Shown: positions 9,254 through 20,704, counted from the stretch's first letter. The stretch: DNA of 64,000 nucleotides from an uncultured Chloroflexia bacterium (GCA_963810095.1 CAWEMM010000010.1:1-64000), one strand, 5' to 3'. A program made the numbers and translations. Notes: a model not told the origin generated them from the letters alone.

Positions 9254-12200
9254 GTTCCAAGCCGTTGTCTTTCCAGGAAGTGATCATGCGCTTGCAGGCC
9301 TACTGGGCCGAGCAAGGGTGCCTGATTTGGCAGCCGTACAGCGAGAAGGTGGGCGCGGGCACAGGTAACCCGGCCACGGTGCTGCGAGTGCTCGGCCCTG
9401 AGCCGTGGAACGTGGCATACGCCGAGCCCAGCTACCGGCCCGACGATGGTCGCTACGCCGAGAACCCGAACCGGATGCAGATGCATACGCAGTTCCAGGT
9501 CATCCTGAAGCCGGCGCCCGAGAACTCGCAGGAGCTGTACCTGCGCAGCCTGGAAGCGATCGGGATCGACCGGCGCATGCACGACATCCGCTTCGTAGAG
9601 GACAACTGGGAGTCGCCCGCGCTCGGCGCGTGGGGCTTGGGCTGGGAAGTGTGGCTCGACGGGCTGGAGATTACCCAGTACACCTACTTCCAGCAAGCCG
9701 GCGGCTACCCGCTGGAACCCGTGCCGATCGAGTACACCTACGGCCTCGAACGCATCGTTATGTTCTTGCAGGGCGTGAAAGAGGTGTGGCAGATCAACTG
9801 GGACGGCAAGCGCACGTACGGCGACGTGCTGAAGACCCCGGAGATCGAGCACTGCAAGTACGACTTCGAGATCGCGGATGTGGGCCGGCTCAAGCAGATG
9901 TACGACCTGTTCGAGGCCGAAGCGAAGAGCTGCCTTGCGCATAAGCTCGTCATCCCGGCACATGATTATGTGCTGCGCTGTTCGCACACCTTCAACCTGC
10001 TCGACGCCCGGGGCGCGATCGGGGTCACCGAGCGGGCGTACTTCTTCGCGCGCATGCGCGACCTGGCCCGCCAGGTCTCGGAGGCGTACGTCGAACAGCG
10101 CCAGCATGCGGAGTATCCCTGGCTGGCCGATGTCGACGAGAACGATAAGGGCGGCAGGCATCATGAGCCGGCGCCGGGTCCGGAGGCCTTGGCCATGCTG
10201 AAGCCCCAGGCTTCGGCCATGCTGAAGCCCCAGGCTTCAGCCCCCTACCTGCTCGAGATCGGCACGGAGGAACTGCCGCCGACCGACCTGGTCGATGCGA
10301 TGAATCAGCTCCGCAACGGCGTGCCGAAGCTGCTGGACGAGCTGCGCCTCGCGCATGGTAATGTCGCCGTCTATGGAACGCCGCGACGGCTGACCGTGCT
10401 GGTCGAGGAACTGGCCGGCCGCCAGGCGAACCAGGAGTCGCTGGTGAAGGGGCCGCCCGCCGAGCGGGCATTCGATCCGTCGGGTGCGGCCACCCCGGCC
10501 GCAGTCGGGTTTGCAAAGAAAAACGGTGTCCCGGTCGAGTCGCTCGAAGTGCGCAGCGAGGGGAGTGGCCGCTACGTGTTTGCGGCGGTCAGGAGCGAAG
10601 GGCGTCCGACGGCAGAAGTACTTCCCGAGGCATTGACGGGCCTGGTCGCCGCCATTAAGTTCGGCAAGACCATGCGCTGGAACGCGACAAACGTGGCCTT
10701 CTCCCGGCCAATCCGGTGGTTCGTTTCACTGTGGGGCGAGAGCGTGATCCCGTTCAAGTATGCCGGGTTGGTGGCGGGTCGCACCACCCGGGGGCCGCGC
10801 TCGGAAGGCTCGCCGGAACTCGAGCTGACTTCGGCAGATGCCTACCTGCCGACAATGGCGGAGCACCAGGTGATGGTGGACCGGGCCGGCCGTCGGGCTG
10901 CGATCCTGGCCCAGGTCGCCGAGTTGGCAGCGGAAGTCGGCGGGCAGACCCCGGACGATCCGGGCCTGCTCGACGAAGTGACCGACCTGGTCGAGCAACC
11001 GACCGCTTTGCGCGGCAGCTTCGCAGAGGAATACCTGCGCTTGCCAAAGGAAGCGCTCGTCACCGTGATGAAGAAGCACCAGCGGTATTTCCCGGTGGTG
11101 CGGGAAGGCGGACGCATGCTCCCCTACTTCATCACCGTGCGCAACGGCCCGGCCGAATTCCTGGACAGCGTGCGCGAAGGGAATGAAGGGGTCATCCGGG
11201 CTCGCTATGCCGATGCCAACTACTTCTTCCGGGCAGATACCGCCCGGCCGCTGGAGGCGTTCACCCCCCGGCTGGCGACCCTGACCTTCCAGGAGAAGCT
11301 CGGCTCGATGCTCGACAAGGTGCACCGGGTGGAGCGGCTGGTTAATCCGTTGGCCGACCAGTTGGGGCTGGACGAGGGCGACCGGGCAATCGCTCAGCGG
11401 GCCGCGGCGCTCTTCAAGAGCGACCTGGCGACGCAGATGGTCGTCGAGTTGACGTCGCTGCAGGGCATCATGGGGCGCGAGTACGCCCGGCTTTCGGGCG
11501 AACCGCAGGACGTGGCGAACGCCATCTACGAGCACTACCTGCCGCGTTTCCAGGGCGACGCGCCGCCGGCCTCAAAGCCCGGCCTCCTGCTCGGCATCGC
11601 CAACCGGCTGGATTCGCTGGTGGGCCTGTTCGCAGTCAACCTGGCGCCCACGAGCACAGCCGACCCGTTTGGCCTGCGTCGTGACGCCCTGGGCCTGGTC
11701 GGCGCGCTGGTCGGCTGCAAGCAGTCGTTCGGCCTGCAGCTTGCGCTCCAGACGGCCGCCGCGGAGATGCCCGTACCTGTGGCGCCACAGGTGCTGACCG
11801 ACGTCCTCGGGTTCATCCGCGACCGCCTGTTTGTCTGGCTGCGCGATCAAGCGCTGCCGCATGACGTCGTCTCGGCTGTGCTCGCCGAGCGCAGCTACGA
11901 TCCGTACCTGGCCGCGACGGCCGCCCGCGAGTTAAGTGCGCTGACGCAGGCGTCGGGCTGGAGCGACGTGCTCACCGCGTATGCCCGGTGCAAGCGCATC
12001 GTGCGCAGCCTGCCCGAGACGTATGCCGTGGCCCCCGAGCATTACAGTGAGCCGGCCACCCGCGGCCTGTACGAGGCGCTGGAGGCGGCCGAGGCTCGCA
12101 TGAGCCGCACCGAGGGCGGCGAGCACGACGTGATGCTGCTCGGCGAGGTGCTGAAGGGCCTGCAGGCCCCCATCAACCGGTTCTTCACCGACGTGTTGGT

Positions 12201-12306
12201 CATGGCCGAGGACCCGGCCGTGCGCCAGGCCCGGCTGGCCCTGGTCCAGCGGGTGGCCGCGTTGGCGAACGGCATTGCGGACCTGAGCCAATTGCAGGGG
12301 TTCTAA
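9250..12306 (+). CDS. glyQS: Glycine--tRNA ligase, fused alpha and beta subunits
   Basis: Alpha motifs ([34 protein letters not shown]) in frame with beta motifs ([28 protein letters not shown]). Confidence 0.96.
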   Translation: MSSKPLSFQEVIMRLQAYWAEQGCLIWQPYSEKVGAGTGNPATVLRVLGPEPWNVAYAEPSYRPDDGRYAENPNRMQMHTQFQVILKPAPENSQELYLRSLEAIGIDRRMHDIRFVEDNWESPALGAWGLGWEVWLDGLEITQYTYFQQAGGYPLEPVPIEYTYGLERIVMFLQGVKEVWQINWDGKRTYGDVLKTPEIEHCKYDFEIADVGRLKQMYDLFEAEAKSCLAHKLVIPAHDYVLRCSHTFNLLDARGAIGVTERAYFFARMRDLARQVSEAYVEQRQHAEYPWLADVDENDKGGRHHEPAPGPEALAMLKPQASAMLKPQASAPYLLEIGTEELPPTDLVDAMNQLRNGVPKLLDELRLAHGNVAVYGTPRRLTVLVEELAGRQANQESLVKGPPAERAFDPSGAATPAAVGFAKKNGVPVESLEVRSEGSGRYVFAAVRSEGRPTAEVLPEALTGLVAAIKFGKTMRWNATNVAFSRPIRWFVSLWGESVIPFKYAGLVAGRTTRGPRSEGSPELELTSADAYLPTMAEHQVMVDRAGRRAAILAQVAELAAEVGGQTPDDPGLLDEVTDLVEQPTALRGSFAEEYLRLPKEALVTVMKKHQRYFPVVREGGRMLPYFITVRNGPAEFLDSVREGNEGVIRARYADANYFFRADTARPLEAFTPRLATLTFQEKLGSMLDKVHRVERLVNPLADQLGLDEGDRAIAQRAAALFKSDLATQMVVELTSLQGIMGREYARLSGEPQDVANAIYEHYLPRFQGDAPPASKPGLLLGIANRLDSLVGLFAVNLAPTSTADPFGLRRDALGLVGALVGCKQSFGLQLALQTAAAEMPVPVAPQVLTDVLGFIRDRLFVWLRDQALPHDVVSAVLAERSYDPYLAATAARELSALTQASGWSDVLTAYARCKRIVRSLPETYAVAPEHYSEPATRGLYEALEAAEARMSRTEGGEHDVMLLGEVLKGLQAPINRFFTDVLVMAEDPAVRQARLALVQRVAALANGIADLSQLQGF
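10191..10238 (+). repeat. 24-bp perfect tandem duplication in the glyQS linker
   Basis: ggccatgctgaagccccaggcttc x2 (AMLKPQAS x2). Confidence 0.9.
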
Positions 12307-12350
12307 AGCCCTATAGACAGTCACCCCGCGCTGTTGGACACGAGGGATGA

Positions 12351-12446
12351 AATAGGACACTGATGGAACGGATCAGGCTGATTCTCACGATCTTCTTGCC
12401 GAAGGACAGTGCAGGTCAGTTGAATCAGTTGCATCAGCGTCCTATT
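12351..12446. repeat. AATAGGAC-CTGAT element, copy 1
   Basis: Inverted ends aataggacactgat / atcagcgtcctatt with CTGAT/ATCAG at 9-nt period. Confidence 0.85.
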
Positions 12447-12490
12447 TTCCTCCGAAGTGATCGGTTTAGGCGCCGGGTGTTGGTGAGTCA

Positions 12491-15068
12491 ATGATTCCAC
12501 GAAAACTCCATCTACGCAGCTTCATGTGCTACCGGGAGGAACAGAGCCTGGACTTCTCGGGCATGCACATGACCAGTCTCACAGGCGACAACGGGCATGG
12601 GAAGTCTGCGCTCCTCGATGCGATGACCTGGGCGTTGTGGGGTCGTGCCCGCGCGCGGCGTGACGACGAGCTGATTACCCTCAACGAGAATGAGATGTGG
12701 GTCGACTTCGAGTTTAGCCTCGGCCCACAGTTGTACCGGGTGTGGCGGCAGCGCAGCAAGAAGGGCCGCGGACAGAGCGACCTGCACTTCTATATCTGGA
12801 ACCCCGGGGGGAACGCGGGGACGGGCGATTGGCAGCTATTGGACGAGGGCAACCTGGCGCAGCGGCAAGCCCAGATTACGCGCACGCTCCGGCTCGACTA
12901 CGAGACGTTCGTGAACTCGGCGTTCCTCCTCCAGGGCCGCGCCGACTCGTTCACCGTCAAAACCCCTTCAGAACGCAAGCAGATCCTCGCCGATATCCTG
13001 GGCCTGAGCCGCTACGACGCGTACGAGGAACGCGCGAAGGGGCAGGTCCAGGCGCGCAAGGAGCGCACGATCGGCATCGAGGCCGAGCTGAAGACCATCG
13101 ATGCCGAGCTGGCGCGGCGCGACGACTACGCGCGAATGCTGTCGGAGGCGCACCAAGTGCTGGAGGCTGCGACGGCCGCGCAGCAGCTTGCCCAGGCGCA
13201 GGAAGCTGCCGCCCGGGCGCAGGCCCAAGCCCTACGAGTGCAGCAGCAGCAGTTGGGCGAGCTCCAGGCGCGCATCGGCCGCAACGAGCGCGAACTTTTG
13301 AATCTGCACCGCCAGTCGGAGCAGGCCCGGGCGAACCTCGCCAGGACCGAGGCCGTGCTCGCACAGCGGGAGGAGATCGAGGCCGGCTGGCATGCGCTGG
13401 AAACCGCTCGAGCTGAGGAAGTGGCCCTGGGCCGCCGGTGGCAGCAGCACAGCCAACTGCAGGAGCGGCTGGCCCACGCACAGCGCCGGGTAGACCAGGC
13501 GCGCGCCGATCTGGTGGCCGAGCAGCGGCGGCTGCAGGCGCGCGCGACCGAGCTGGCCGCAAAAGCGGGGTCGCTGGAGCAGCACCGCCGGAACCTGGTG
13601 CAGGTGCAGGCGGTGTTGGCCGAAATGGCGGGGCACGCGGCCAGGCGAGACGCGATCGCGGCCGAACTGCGCGACATCCTCGAATCGGGGGCCGGGCTAA
13701 AGCACGAGATCGATCGTGTGAAGAGCGAGGGCCAGGCCGTCCGGGAGCGGCTGGAACTGCTGGAAGGCGCGGCGTCGGCCAACTGCCCGGTGTGCGATCA
13801 GCCGTTGAGTCCCGAGCATCGCCAGCACGCGGCCGGCCAGCTGGCCGCCGAGCGGGACGACCTGGCGGAGCGCTTCAAGTGGGGCAACGCCGAGCTCAAA
13901 CGGCTGAGCGAACGCAAGAGTGCGCTCGAGGCCGAGGAAAAGGACCTCCAGCAGGTGCTGCACGCGCGTGACGCCCGGCAGCGGCAGCTTGTCCAGACGG
14001 AAACGCTGATTGCCGACTGCGAGGCCGCGACAGCGGAGCAAGGAACGGTCGCGGCCCAGCTGGCCGACATCGACCGGCGTCTCGAGCAGGAAGACTTCGG
14101 CGGTGAGGCGCGCTCCGAGCTCACCCGCATCCGTGCAGAAGTGGTTGCGGTCGGCTATGACCGGGCAGCGCACGAGAGCATCCGCCAGGAGATCGACCGG
14201 CTCCAGCCGTTCGACGCGCGCTACCAGCGCGAGCTCTTGCGCGCCCAGGACGAATTGCCGGGCATCCAATCGCAGTGCGCGGACCTGGCCGGGCAAATCG
14301 AGCGCCGAGCCGGCGAGCTGGAGGAGGAGAACGCCCGCCGCTTGGAGCTCGAGCAGGCCGTCGCTCAGCTGCCGCAGCTAGAGCTGCAGCAAAAGCAGTC
14401 GGAGCGGAAGCTGCAAGAGGCCGACCTGGCGTGCCGGGATGCTCAGCGCCGGGAAGGGGCGGCCCAGCAGAACCTGGATGCGCTGGATAAGCTCGACACG
14501 CGGCGCAAGCTGCTGCGCACAGACCTGGACCAGCTCAATTCGCAAATCAGCATCTTCGCGGAGCTTCGCGATGCCTTCGGCAAGAAGGGCATCCAGGCGA
14601 TGATCATCGAGAGTGCGATCCCCGAAGTCGAGGTCGAAGCAAACCGCCTGCTGCAGCGCATGAGCGAAGGCCGCATGAACCTGCGGCTCGAAACGCAGCG
14701 CGAGAAAGTCTCGGGCGGCGGCGTGATCGAGACACTGGACATCATCATTGCCGACGAACTGGGCGCCCGGCCCTACGAGCTGTTCTCGGGCGGCGAAGCG
14801 TTCCGCGCCAACCTCGCGCTGCGCATTGCACTGAGCAAGCTGCTGGCCCGGCGCGGCGGGTGCCCAGCTGCAGACCCTGGTCATCGACGAAGGGTTTGGC
14901 TCGCAGGACGCGCGCGGGCTGGGGCTGGTGGTGGAGACGATCAACTCGATCAAGGACGACTTCCAGTTGATCATCGTCATCAGCCATATCGAAGAACTGA
15001 AAGACCAGTTCGGCGCACGCATCGACGTGCTGAAGGAGATCACCGGGTCGCGCGTCTCGGTGGCGTAG
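12491..15068 (+). CDS. sbcC: SbcC/Rad50 SMC-family ATPase (one frameshift near 14855)
   Basis: Walker A GDNGHGKS, Q-loop LLQG, zinc hook CPVC, signature LFSGGE; Walker B/D-loop LVIDEGFGSQD and ISH lie in the shifted frame ending at TAG 15068. Confidence 0.92.
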
Positions 15069-15072
15069 GTGT

Positions 15073-16056
15073 ATGGGGCACAACATGATCAACTTTGACG
15101 ACGTACTCTCCGCGGCCGAGCGCATCCGGGGCGTGGCGCACCGCACGCCGGTCGTCCAGTCGCGGCTGCTAAACGAGATTTGCGGCGCCGAGGTATTCCT
15201 GAAGTGCGAGAATTTCCAGCGGGTCGGCGCGTTCAAGTTCCGGGGCGCGTATAATGCGGTCAGCCGGCTGAGCGCGGACGAGCGGAGCCGGGGGGTCATC
15301 ACCCACTCGTCAGGAAACCACGCGCAGGCGCTGGCGCTGGTATGCCGGCTGCTTGGCGTCAAGGCCACCATCGTCATGCCCGAGGACGCGCCGGCGATGA
15401 AGCTGGCCGCCACCCGGGACTATGGCGCCGAGATCGTCGTTTACGACACGGCCACGGAGACGCGTGAAGCGATCTCGGGCCGCCTGGCCGAGGAGCACGG
15501 GTACACTCTGGTGCCCCCGTACGATCACCCGGACATTGTGGCCGGACAGGGCACCGCAGCGCTCGAGTTGTTTCAGGACGTGGGCGAGCTGGACTACCTG
15601 CTCGTGCCGTGCGGGGGCGGGGGCCTGCTCAGCGGCTGCGCGATTGCGGCGAAGACCCTGTCGCCCGGCTGCAAGGTGATCGGCGTGGAGCCGGCAGCGG
15701 GCGACGACGCGACGCAATCGTTCAAGACCGGCGTCCTGCACACCGTTCACAACCCGCAGACCATCGCAGACGGCGCGCGAACGCCATACCTGGGGAAGAT
15801 CACGTTTCCGTTGGTTCAACAGTACGTCGACGACATGCTGACCGTCAGCGACGAGGACCTGGTGCGGGCGATGTACTTCGTGTGGACGCGGATGAAGCTG
15901 GTGGTCGAGCCGACCGGCGTGTTAGGGCTTGCCGCCGTCTACAACCATCGCTACCCGCTGGGCAAGCCGGGGCTTGCGCCCAAACGGGTGGGCGTGGTCA
16001 TCAGCGGCGGCAACGTGGATATCGCCCAAGCCGCGGAGTGGTTCAAGGACCTGTAA
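15073..16056 (+). CDS. PLP-dependent serine/threonine dehydratase family (threo-3-hydroxyaspartate ammonia-lyase-like)
   Basis: KCENFQRVGAFKFRGA, SSGNHAQ, GGGGL, EPTG, SGGN motifs. Confidence 0.9.
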   Translation: MGHNMINFDDVLSAAERIRGVAHRTPVVQSRLLNEICGAEVFLKCENFQRVGAFKFRGAYNAVSRLSADERSRGVITHSSGNHAQALALVCRLLGVKATIVMPEDAPAMKLAATRDYGAEIVVYDTATETREAISGRLAEEHGYTLVPPYDHPDIVAGQGTAALELFQDVGELDYLLVPCGGGGLLSGCAIAAKTLSPGCKVIGVEPAAGDDATQSFKTGVLHTVHNPQTIADGARTPYLGKITFPLVQQYVDDMLTVSDEDLVRAMYFVWTRMKLVVEPTGVLGLAAVYNHRYPLGKPGLAPKRVGVVISGGNVDIAQAAEWFKDL

Positions 16057-16103
16057 CCATTTGCGGGTTGGAGCGGCGCAGCCCGTCCAACCCGCAAATG
16101 GTT
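16055..16103. terminator. Bidirectional hairpin between convergent genes
   Basis: 18-bp perfect stem aaccatttgcgggttgga / tccaacccgcaaatggtt. Confidence 0.75.
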
Positions 16104-16113
16104 TACTTATAGG

Positions 16114-17280
16114 TCAGGATTTGTGATGGTGCGCCTTCGGCTCAAAGACCGCCAGGTAGCGCACGGCCAAGATCCAGGCGAGCAGTGCGGCCGCGATGAC
16201 GCCGATGGTCGTCAGCCACTCGGCGATGTGCGGCGTGTAGGCCGCAACGCCCGGCGCGGTCTGCGCGAACATGGTGGCGCTGAACCGGTTGGTCAGCCCG
16301 GCGAAGGCGAGCAATCCCAAGCCGAGTGTGAGCCACCGGTCGTTGTTGCGGAGCCGCGGCGCCAGGAGCAGGATGACCGCGATCACCAAAAGCCCCAACT
16401 CCACCCACATCAGGCGGCTCATGTAATCGAAGCGCAGGAGCATCCCCAGTTCCCCGGCCACCAGCCAATCCCCGAACTTCAGCAGCAGGTAGGCCACGGC
16501 GACCCAGCCGGCCACGTGGGCGAGGCCCCGAAAGACCCGCGGTTCACACGGCACATTGCGCAGCCATGTCGCGAGGCGGTAACCCAGTGCGCCCATGCTC
16601 AGCCCGATCATGACCGCGGAGGTGAAAAAGAGCACCGGCAGGATGGGCGAAAACCAGAGGGCATGCAGCCGGTGGGGCATGTTCAGATAGAGCGTGCCCA
16701 ACGTGGACTGGTGCAGCGACGAGAGCGTTACGGCCGCGATGGCGACCGGCACGATGGCGTGATGAATCCGGCGCGCCAGCTTGTTCCGGCCCAGTTTCTC
16801 CAGGATCTGCGGGCTGACCTCGACGGTCAGCACGACGGTGTAAAGCAGGATGCACCAGCAAATCTCGAAGAGCGGCGAGTGCGCGTTCCAAAAGATAAGG
16901 AAGTGGTAAAACCGGTCGGGGCGCCCGAGGTCGAGGACCAGCAGCGCGAGCACCGCCATGTAGCCGAGCAGGCCGGTGAGCACCGCGGGCCGCAGCGCGG
17001 GCTGGAATTCCTGCCGGCGCAAGACGTAGACCAGCCCCGCCATGGTGAACGCGGCGCCGGAAAAGGCAATCAGGCTGAAGTCAAAGCCGATCCAGATGCC
17101 CCACGAGACGTTATCGGTTAAGGCGGTGGAGGCGCCCAGGCCCGCAGCCAGCCGCCACAGGCCGGCGACGACCCCGAGGGCTACCAGGAGCCCCAGGACG
17201 CCGACGATTACCCTCAGGATGAACTCGCGCTGGTCCAGGAAACGCGAAGAGCGGTTTGTGGTGAGAGCAGTGATGCCCAT
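16114..17280 (-). CDS. NrfD/HybB-family quinone-interacting membrane subunit
   Basis: WGIWIGFD, DLGRP, SPLFEI, SSLHQSTLG motifs; about 10 TM segments. Confidence 0.9.
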   Translation of the reverse strand: MGITALTTNRSSRFLDQREFILRVIVGVLGLLVALGVVAGLWRLAAGLGASTALTDNVSWGIWIGFDFSLIAFSGAAFTMAGLVYVLRRQEFQPALRPAVLTGLLGYMAVLALLVLDLGRPDRFYHFLIFWNAHSPLFEICWCILLYTVVLTVEVSPQILEKLGRNKLARRIHHAIVPVAIAAVTLSSLHQSTLGTLYLNMPHRLHALWFSPILPVLFFTSAVMIGLSMGALGYRLATWLRNVPCEPRVFRGLAHVAGWVAVAYLLLKFGDWLVAGELGMLLRFDYMSRLMWVELGLLVIAVILLLAPRLRNNDRWLTLGLGLLAFAGLTNRFSATMFAQTAPGVAAYTPHIAEWLTTIGVIAAALLAWILAVRYLAVFEPKAHHHKS

Positions 17281-17282
17281 CG

Positions 17283-18176
17283 CTATTTCTCCTCGATTTC
17301 GATCGTATCGTGCTCCCGGCCGCGCTCGCGGCGGCGCAGGACAGCGTAGGTCACGGTGCTTACAGCGGCTACGCTGAGCGCGATGGTCGGCGTGCGCGTG
17401 ACGATAGGTGTGGAGTACTTCGAGACGGGTGTGGTATCGACCTTTGCAAAGCCCAGTTCCTCGAACGGCACGTCGCTGATGTAGAGCCGGCTGGTGCCGC
17501 CCGCTTCGAACTCGCCGTACACGCGGGGCACGTACTGGTCAGGATGCGCGCCGATGCGCGCGTGCGCCTCCTGCAGCAGATCGCCGCGGGTGCCGGCCTT
17601 GAGCGCGCCCGTGGGGCAGCCGGCGCTGCATGCCGGCCGCTCGCCTTTCGCAATCCGGTCGGTGCAGCCCGTGCACTTGCGCATCACGCCCAGCGTGTTC
17701 TCCCACTCGAACTTGGGGATGCTGAACGGGCAGGCATACTGGCAGTAGCGGCAGCCGATGCACTTGCTCGTGTCTGCCAGCACCAGGCCCTCCGCCGTTT
17801 TGTGCAACGCGGCCACCGGGCATGCGGCGACGCAGCCGGGTTCCAGGCAGTGCATACAGCCCCGCTTAACGTACCGCGTCATGCCCGCTACGGGTTGGCG
17901 CTCTTCGATGATCGTGTAGGTCTCGGCGTCGAGCTGGGTTTGCCGTGCACACGGCAGGTCGTTCGCCACGTCGCAGCAGCGCTGACAGTTGCCGCAGCCC
18001 ACACAGCGGCTGACGTCGAACAGCAGTCCGGGCACGTCCGCCGGATCGGTGTCCGAGCTGGCCCGTGCTGAGATGGGACCGGCGGTCAGGAGAGCCAGGC
18101 CGCCCAGTGCCGGCGCACACATTTGCAGAAAACGCCGGCGCGACAAGCGTAAGTCAGTGGTAGATTGGTGTGACAT
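17283..18176 (-). CDS. HybA-like Tat-exported multi-[4Fe-4S] ferredoxin subunit
   Basis: Tat motif SRRRFL; CVGCGNC, CMHCLEPGC, CIGCRYC, CTGC..C; YGEFEAGGT; C-terminal TM anchor. Confidence 0.9.
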   Translation of the reverse strand: MSHQSTTDLRLSRRRFLQMCAPALGGLALLTAGPISARASSDTDPADVPGLLFDVSRCVGCGNCQRCCDVANDLPCARQTQLDAETYTIIEERQPVAGMTRYVKRGCMHCLEPGCVAACPVAALHKTAEGLVLADTSKCIGCRYCQYACPFSIPKFEWENTLGVMRKCTGCTDRIAKGERPACSAGCPTGALKAGTRGDLLQEAHARIGAHPDQYVPRVYGEFEAGGTSRLYISDVPFEELGFAKVDTTPVSKYSTPIVTRTPTIALSVAAVSTVTYAVLRRRERGREHDTIEIEEK

Positions 18177-18188
18177 CGATGATTCCTC

Positions 18189-18955
18189 TTATGCCGATAG
18201 TCGGTTATCCAGGATGGCCCGGTGCACGGCGCGGGTTTCGGGAAGGGGTTCGATCCCCAGGTTGCGGTTCAGGACGTAGACGCAGCGCTCGTACTGCTGC
18301 AGCGCGGCCGGTCGGTCGCCGGCCATCAGGTGGAGCATCATGAGCTGCCGGTGGACGTCTTCCGCGAGCTCGTTGACCCTGAGGTAGCGGCGGGCGTAGA
18401 AGATCGCACGGTGAAAGTTGGATTGCTCGGCCTCCCGATTGATCACGGTGGTCAGCGCGTCGAGGCACAGGCGCTGGTATTGGGTGCGCTGGGTCTGAAC
18501 CCAGTTGCCGAACTCGGGGCAAGCGGGCAGCGAGAAGCCCGACATGAACGGCCCCCTGTAGAGGTCCAGCACCTGCTTGAGCAGGCCAATGTCTCCCCCC
18601 CGGTGGCGCCTGTGTCGCCGGCCGTGCAGGTGGACCAGAAGACCGTGGCGTCGGACCAGATCAGGGTGCGGTCGAGGTCGACCAGCTCGTTCTTCGAGCG
18701 GACGACCGCGGGCAACGGCAGCGATTGGCGCAGCTGGCTCAACAGGTGGCTGAAATGCCGGTGAGCACTGGCCTCCGGCTCGTCGGGCCAGAAGGTGAAG
18801 CACAGCTCTTCACGTGCGGCGGGTTGGTCCTGACCGGCAAGACGATACAGCAGGCCCCGCGCCTGGCGCCGGGCGATGGCCAGGTGCTGCCCTTGCCATT
18901 CGACGAATGTCGGGCCGAGGAGGAAAACCCGCAGGCAGGGTGCAGAAGCCAGCAT
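18189..18955 (-). CDS. Stand-alone wHTH-BTAD (SARP-like) transcriptional regulator (frameshift near 18600)
   Basis: LRVFLLGP, REELCFTFWPD in ORF 18452..18955; LYRGPF, EDVHRQLM, LGIEPLPET in ORF 18189..18803; shift at a C/G homopolymer. Confidence 0.8.
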
Positions 18956-18957
18956 GA

Positions 18958-19380
18958 TCAGGGCTTCCGGTTCATGTCGTGCCGCAGGTAGAGACCGAGC
19001 GCCACGAAGATCGCCATCTCGACCACCGTCGAGATCAGGATGAGGGAGACCCGCCCCAATCCGGTACCGGCCACTACGGGGGTTGCGTCGCGGCTTGCGG
19101 CTCCAGCCTGTACCGCGCCCGGCATGGGCGTGGCGAACGCGGTGAACTCGCCGCTGCCAAAGTGGGGGGCCTGCTGCACCAGGTACAGCACGAACACTGC
19201 GAGCGTGGCCCCCACCAGCAGCAGCACCGCGGCCACGGCCAATTTGTCCTTAATGACTTGGGAGCGGTCGTCGCCGGAAGGAGCGGCGGGGCTGTGCCCG
19301 CCGGTGTGAGGGACAGGCGGTCCTGAGGCCACGTGCCTGTCGAGCAGGTGAAAGTGAGGCACAGCTAGATGTTGTCGCAT
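18958..19380 (-). CDS. Small two-TM membrane protein
   Basis: GGAGG RBS, two hydrophobic helices, His-rich N-terminus. Confidence 0.55.
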   Translation of the reverse strand: MRQHLAVPHFHLLDRHVASGPPVPHTGGHSPAAPSGDDRSQVIKDKLAVAAVLLLVGATLAVFVLYLVQQAPHFGSGEFTAFATPMPGAVQAGAASRDATPVVAGTGLGRVSLILISTVVEMAIFVALGLYLRHDMNRKP

Positions 19381-19401
19381 TGTCGCCTCCGGGTGTTGGT
19401 T

Positions 19402-19428
19402 GCGAATCGTTGCAACGATCAGCGAATC
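19402..19428. promoter_or_regulatory. Candidate operator: perfect palindrome flanked by direct repeats
   Basis: atcgttgcaacgat (19406-19419) with gcgaatc at 19402 and 19422, upstream of the 19380-16114 gene run. Confidence 0.4.
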
Positions 19429-19604
19429 TGCCCCAGTTTCGCATCATGGAGGCTACAAAGCGTCTGCAAAGGCGTGCCATTATGATGACGGGAAGGGTAC
19501 GCGTTGCTGCCGCGGGAGGTACACCGCTGCTACGCGGGCGCGACACCACGACAACATGGAAGTCACGCAGTGTCCACAAAAATGCTACAGAACAGGGGAA
19601 AAGC

Positions 19605-20381
19605 TTATTTGTTTTGGAGGATGGCTTTGTAGATGGCGCGGGTTTCCGGCAGAGGTTCGACGCCAAGCTCGCGCTCGAGGACCGCGGTGCAGCGCTTGTA
19701 CTGCTGAATCGCCGCGGGCCGGTCGCCCGACATGACGTGCAGCACCATCAGCTCGCGGTGGATGTCCTCGGCCATTTCATCTATCTGCAGGTACATGCGG
19801 GCGTACTTGATGGCCCGGTCATAATCCCGCAGCGTAGTTTCGGCCCGCAGGAGGACGCGCAGCGCATCGAGGTACAGGCGCTCGTGCAGGGTGCGCTGCT
19901 CGCTCACCCACAACTCGAATTCCGGCGCAGCCGGCAGGGAGAAGCCGGAGAGGAACGGGCCCCGGTACTGGCGAACGGCCTGCTCGAGATCGCTCGCATT
20001 TTCCGCCTCGAGGGAGGTGCATGCAGACCGCAGCGACCACGCATCACACCACACCCGGCTCCAGTCGAGCTCGATCGTGTCGTTGACGCTCTCGACGAGG
20101 TTGGGGTCGGGCAGGGCGGCACGCAGGTGGCTGATGAGGTGGCTGAGGTGCCTGTGCGCTTGGAGGTCCGCCTGGTCGGGCCAGAAGCCGAAACACAGCT
20201 CTTCGCGCGCGACGGGGTGCCCCTTGGTGGCAAGACAGTAGAGGAGCGCGCGGGTCTGTCGCCGGCCGATCGACAGCGGCTGGCCCTCCCATTCAACCCA
20301 GGCCGGCCCGAGCAAGTAGACACGCAGGTTGGGCTGTGCGGGGCTATGATTGCGGGTGACGTCGACCCCAAAGCGTGACAT
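19605..20381 (-). CDS. Second stand-alone wHTH-BTAD (SARP-like) regulator
   Basis: LRVYLLGP, REELCFGFWPD, YRGPFLSG, EDIHRELM, LGVEPLPET; AGGAG RBS; clear paralog of 18189..18955. Confidence 0.88.
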   Translation of the reverse strand: MSRFGVDVTRNHSPAQPNLRVYLLGPAWVEWEGQPLSIGRRQTRALLYCLATKGHPVAREELCFGFWPDQADLQAHRHLSHLISHLRAALPDPNLVESVNDTIELDWSRVWCDAWSLRSACTSLEAENASDLEQAVRQYRGPFLSGFSLPAAPEFELWVSEQRTLHERLYLDALRVLLRAETTLRDYDRAIKYARMYLQIDEMAEDIHRELMVLHVMSGDRPAAIQQYKRCTAVLERELGVEPLPETRAIYKAILQNK

Positions 20382-20499
20382 TTTGCTCCTACCTGGGCAC
20401 AAGTTGCCGGCCCGAGCTTTTGTGAAAATTATAGCATATCGGGCGGGCAAATGCAAGCGTTTCAGCGTTTGGCCGTCAGTCCCCGTGTCAAGAGCATGC

Positions 20500-20529
20500 T
20501 TGACACAAACAAATGTTCTGTGATATATT
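20500..20529 (+). promoter_or_regulatory. sigma70 promoter with candidate LexA box in the spacer
   Basis: TTGACA (20500-20505), TGn-TATATT (20524-20529); AAAC-aaat-GTTC (20507-20518) is one mismatch from GAAC-N4-GTTC. Confidence 0.6.
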
Positions 20530-20704
20530 CGTTCTGCTGTTGACCTCGAGCGTTGGGCTCTCCGGCGAACTGCTCAGAAGGCCGGCACGCAGCGGGCGCC
20601 CGAGGGCGCCCGTGCCATTTAGGCGGCTGCGCGGTTTCCGGCGCGGGGGAAGATGCCTGTTATAATGCTGGTGTCCGTTATTCTTTTTTGCGGAGCTACC
20701 TGTT

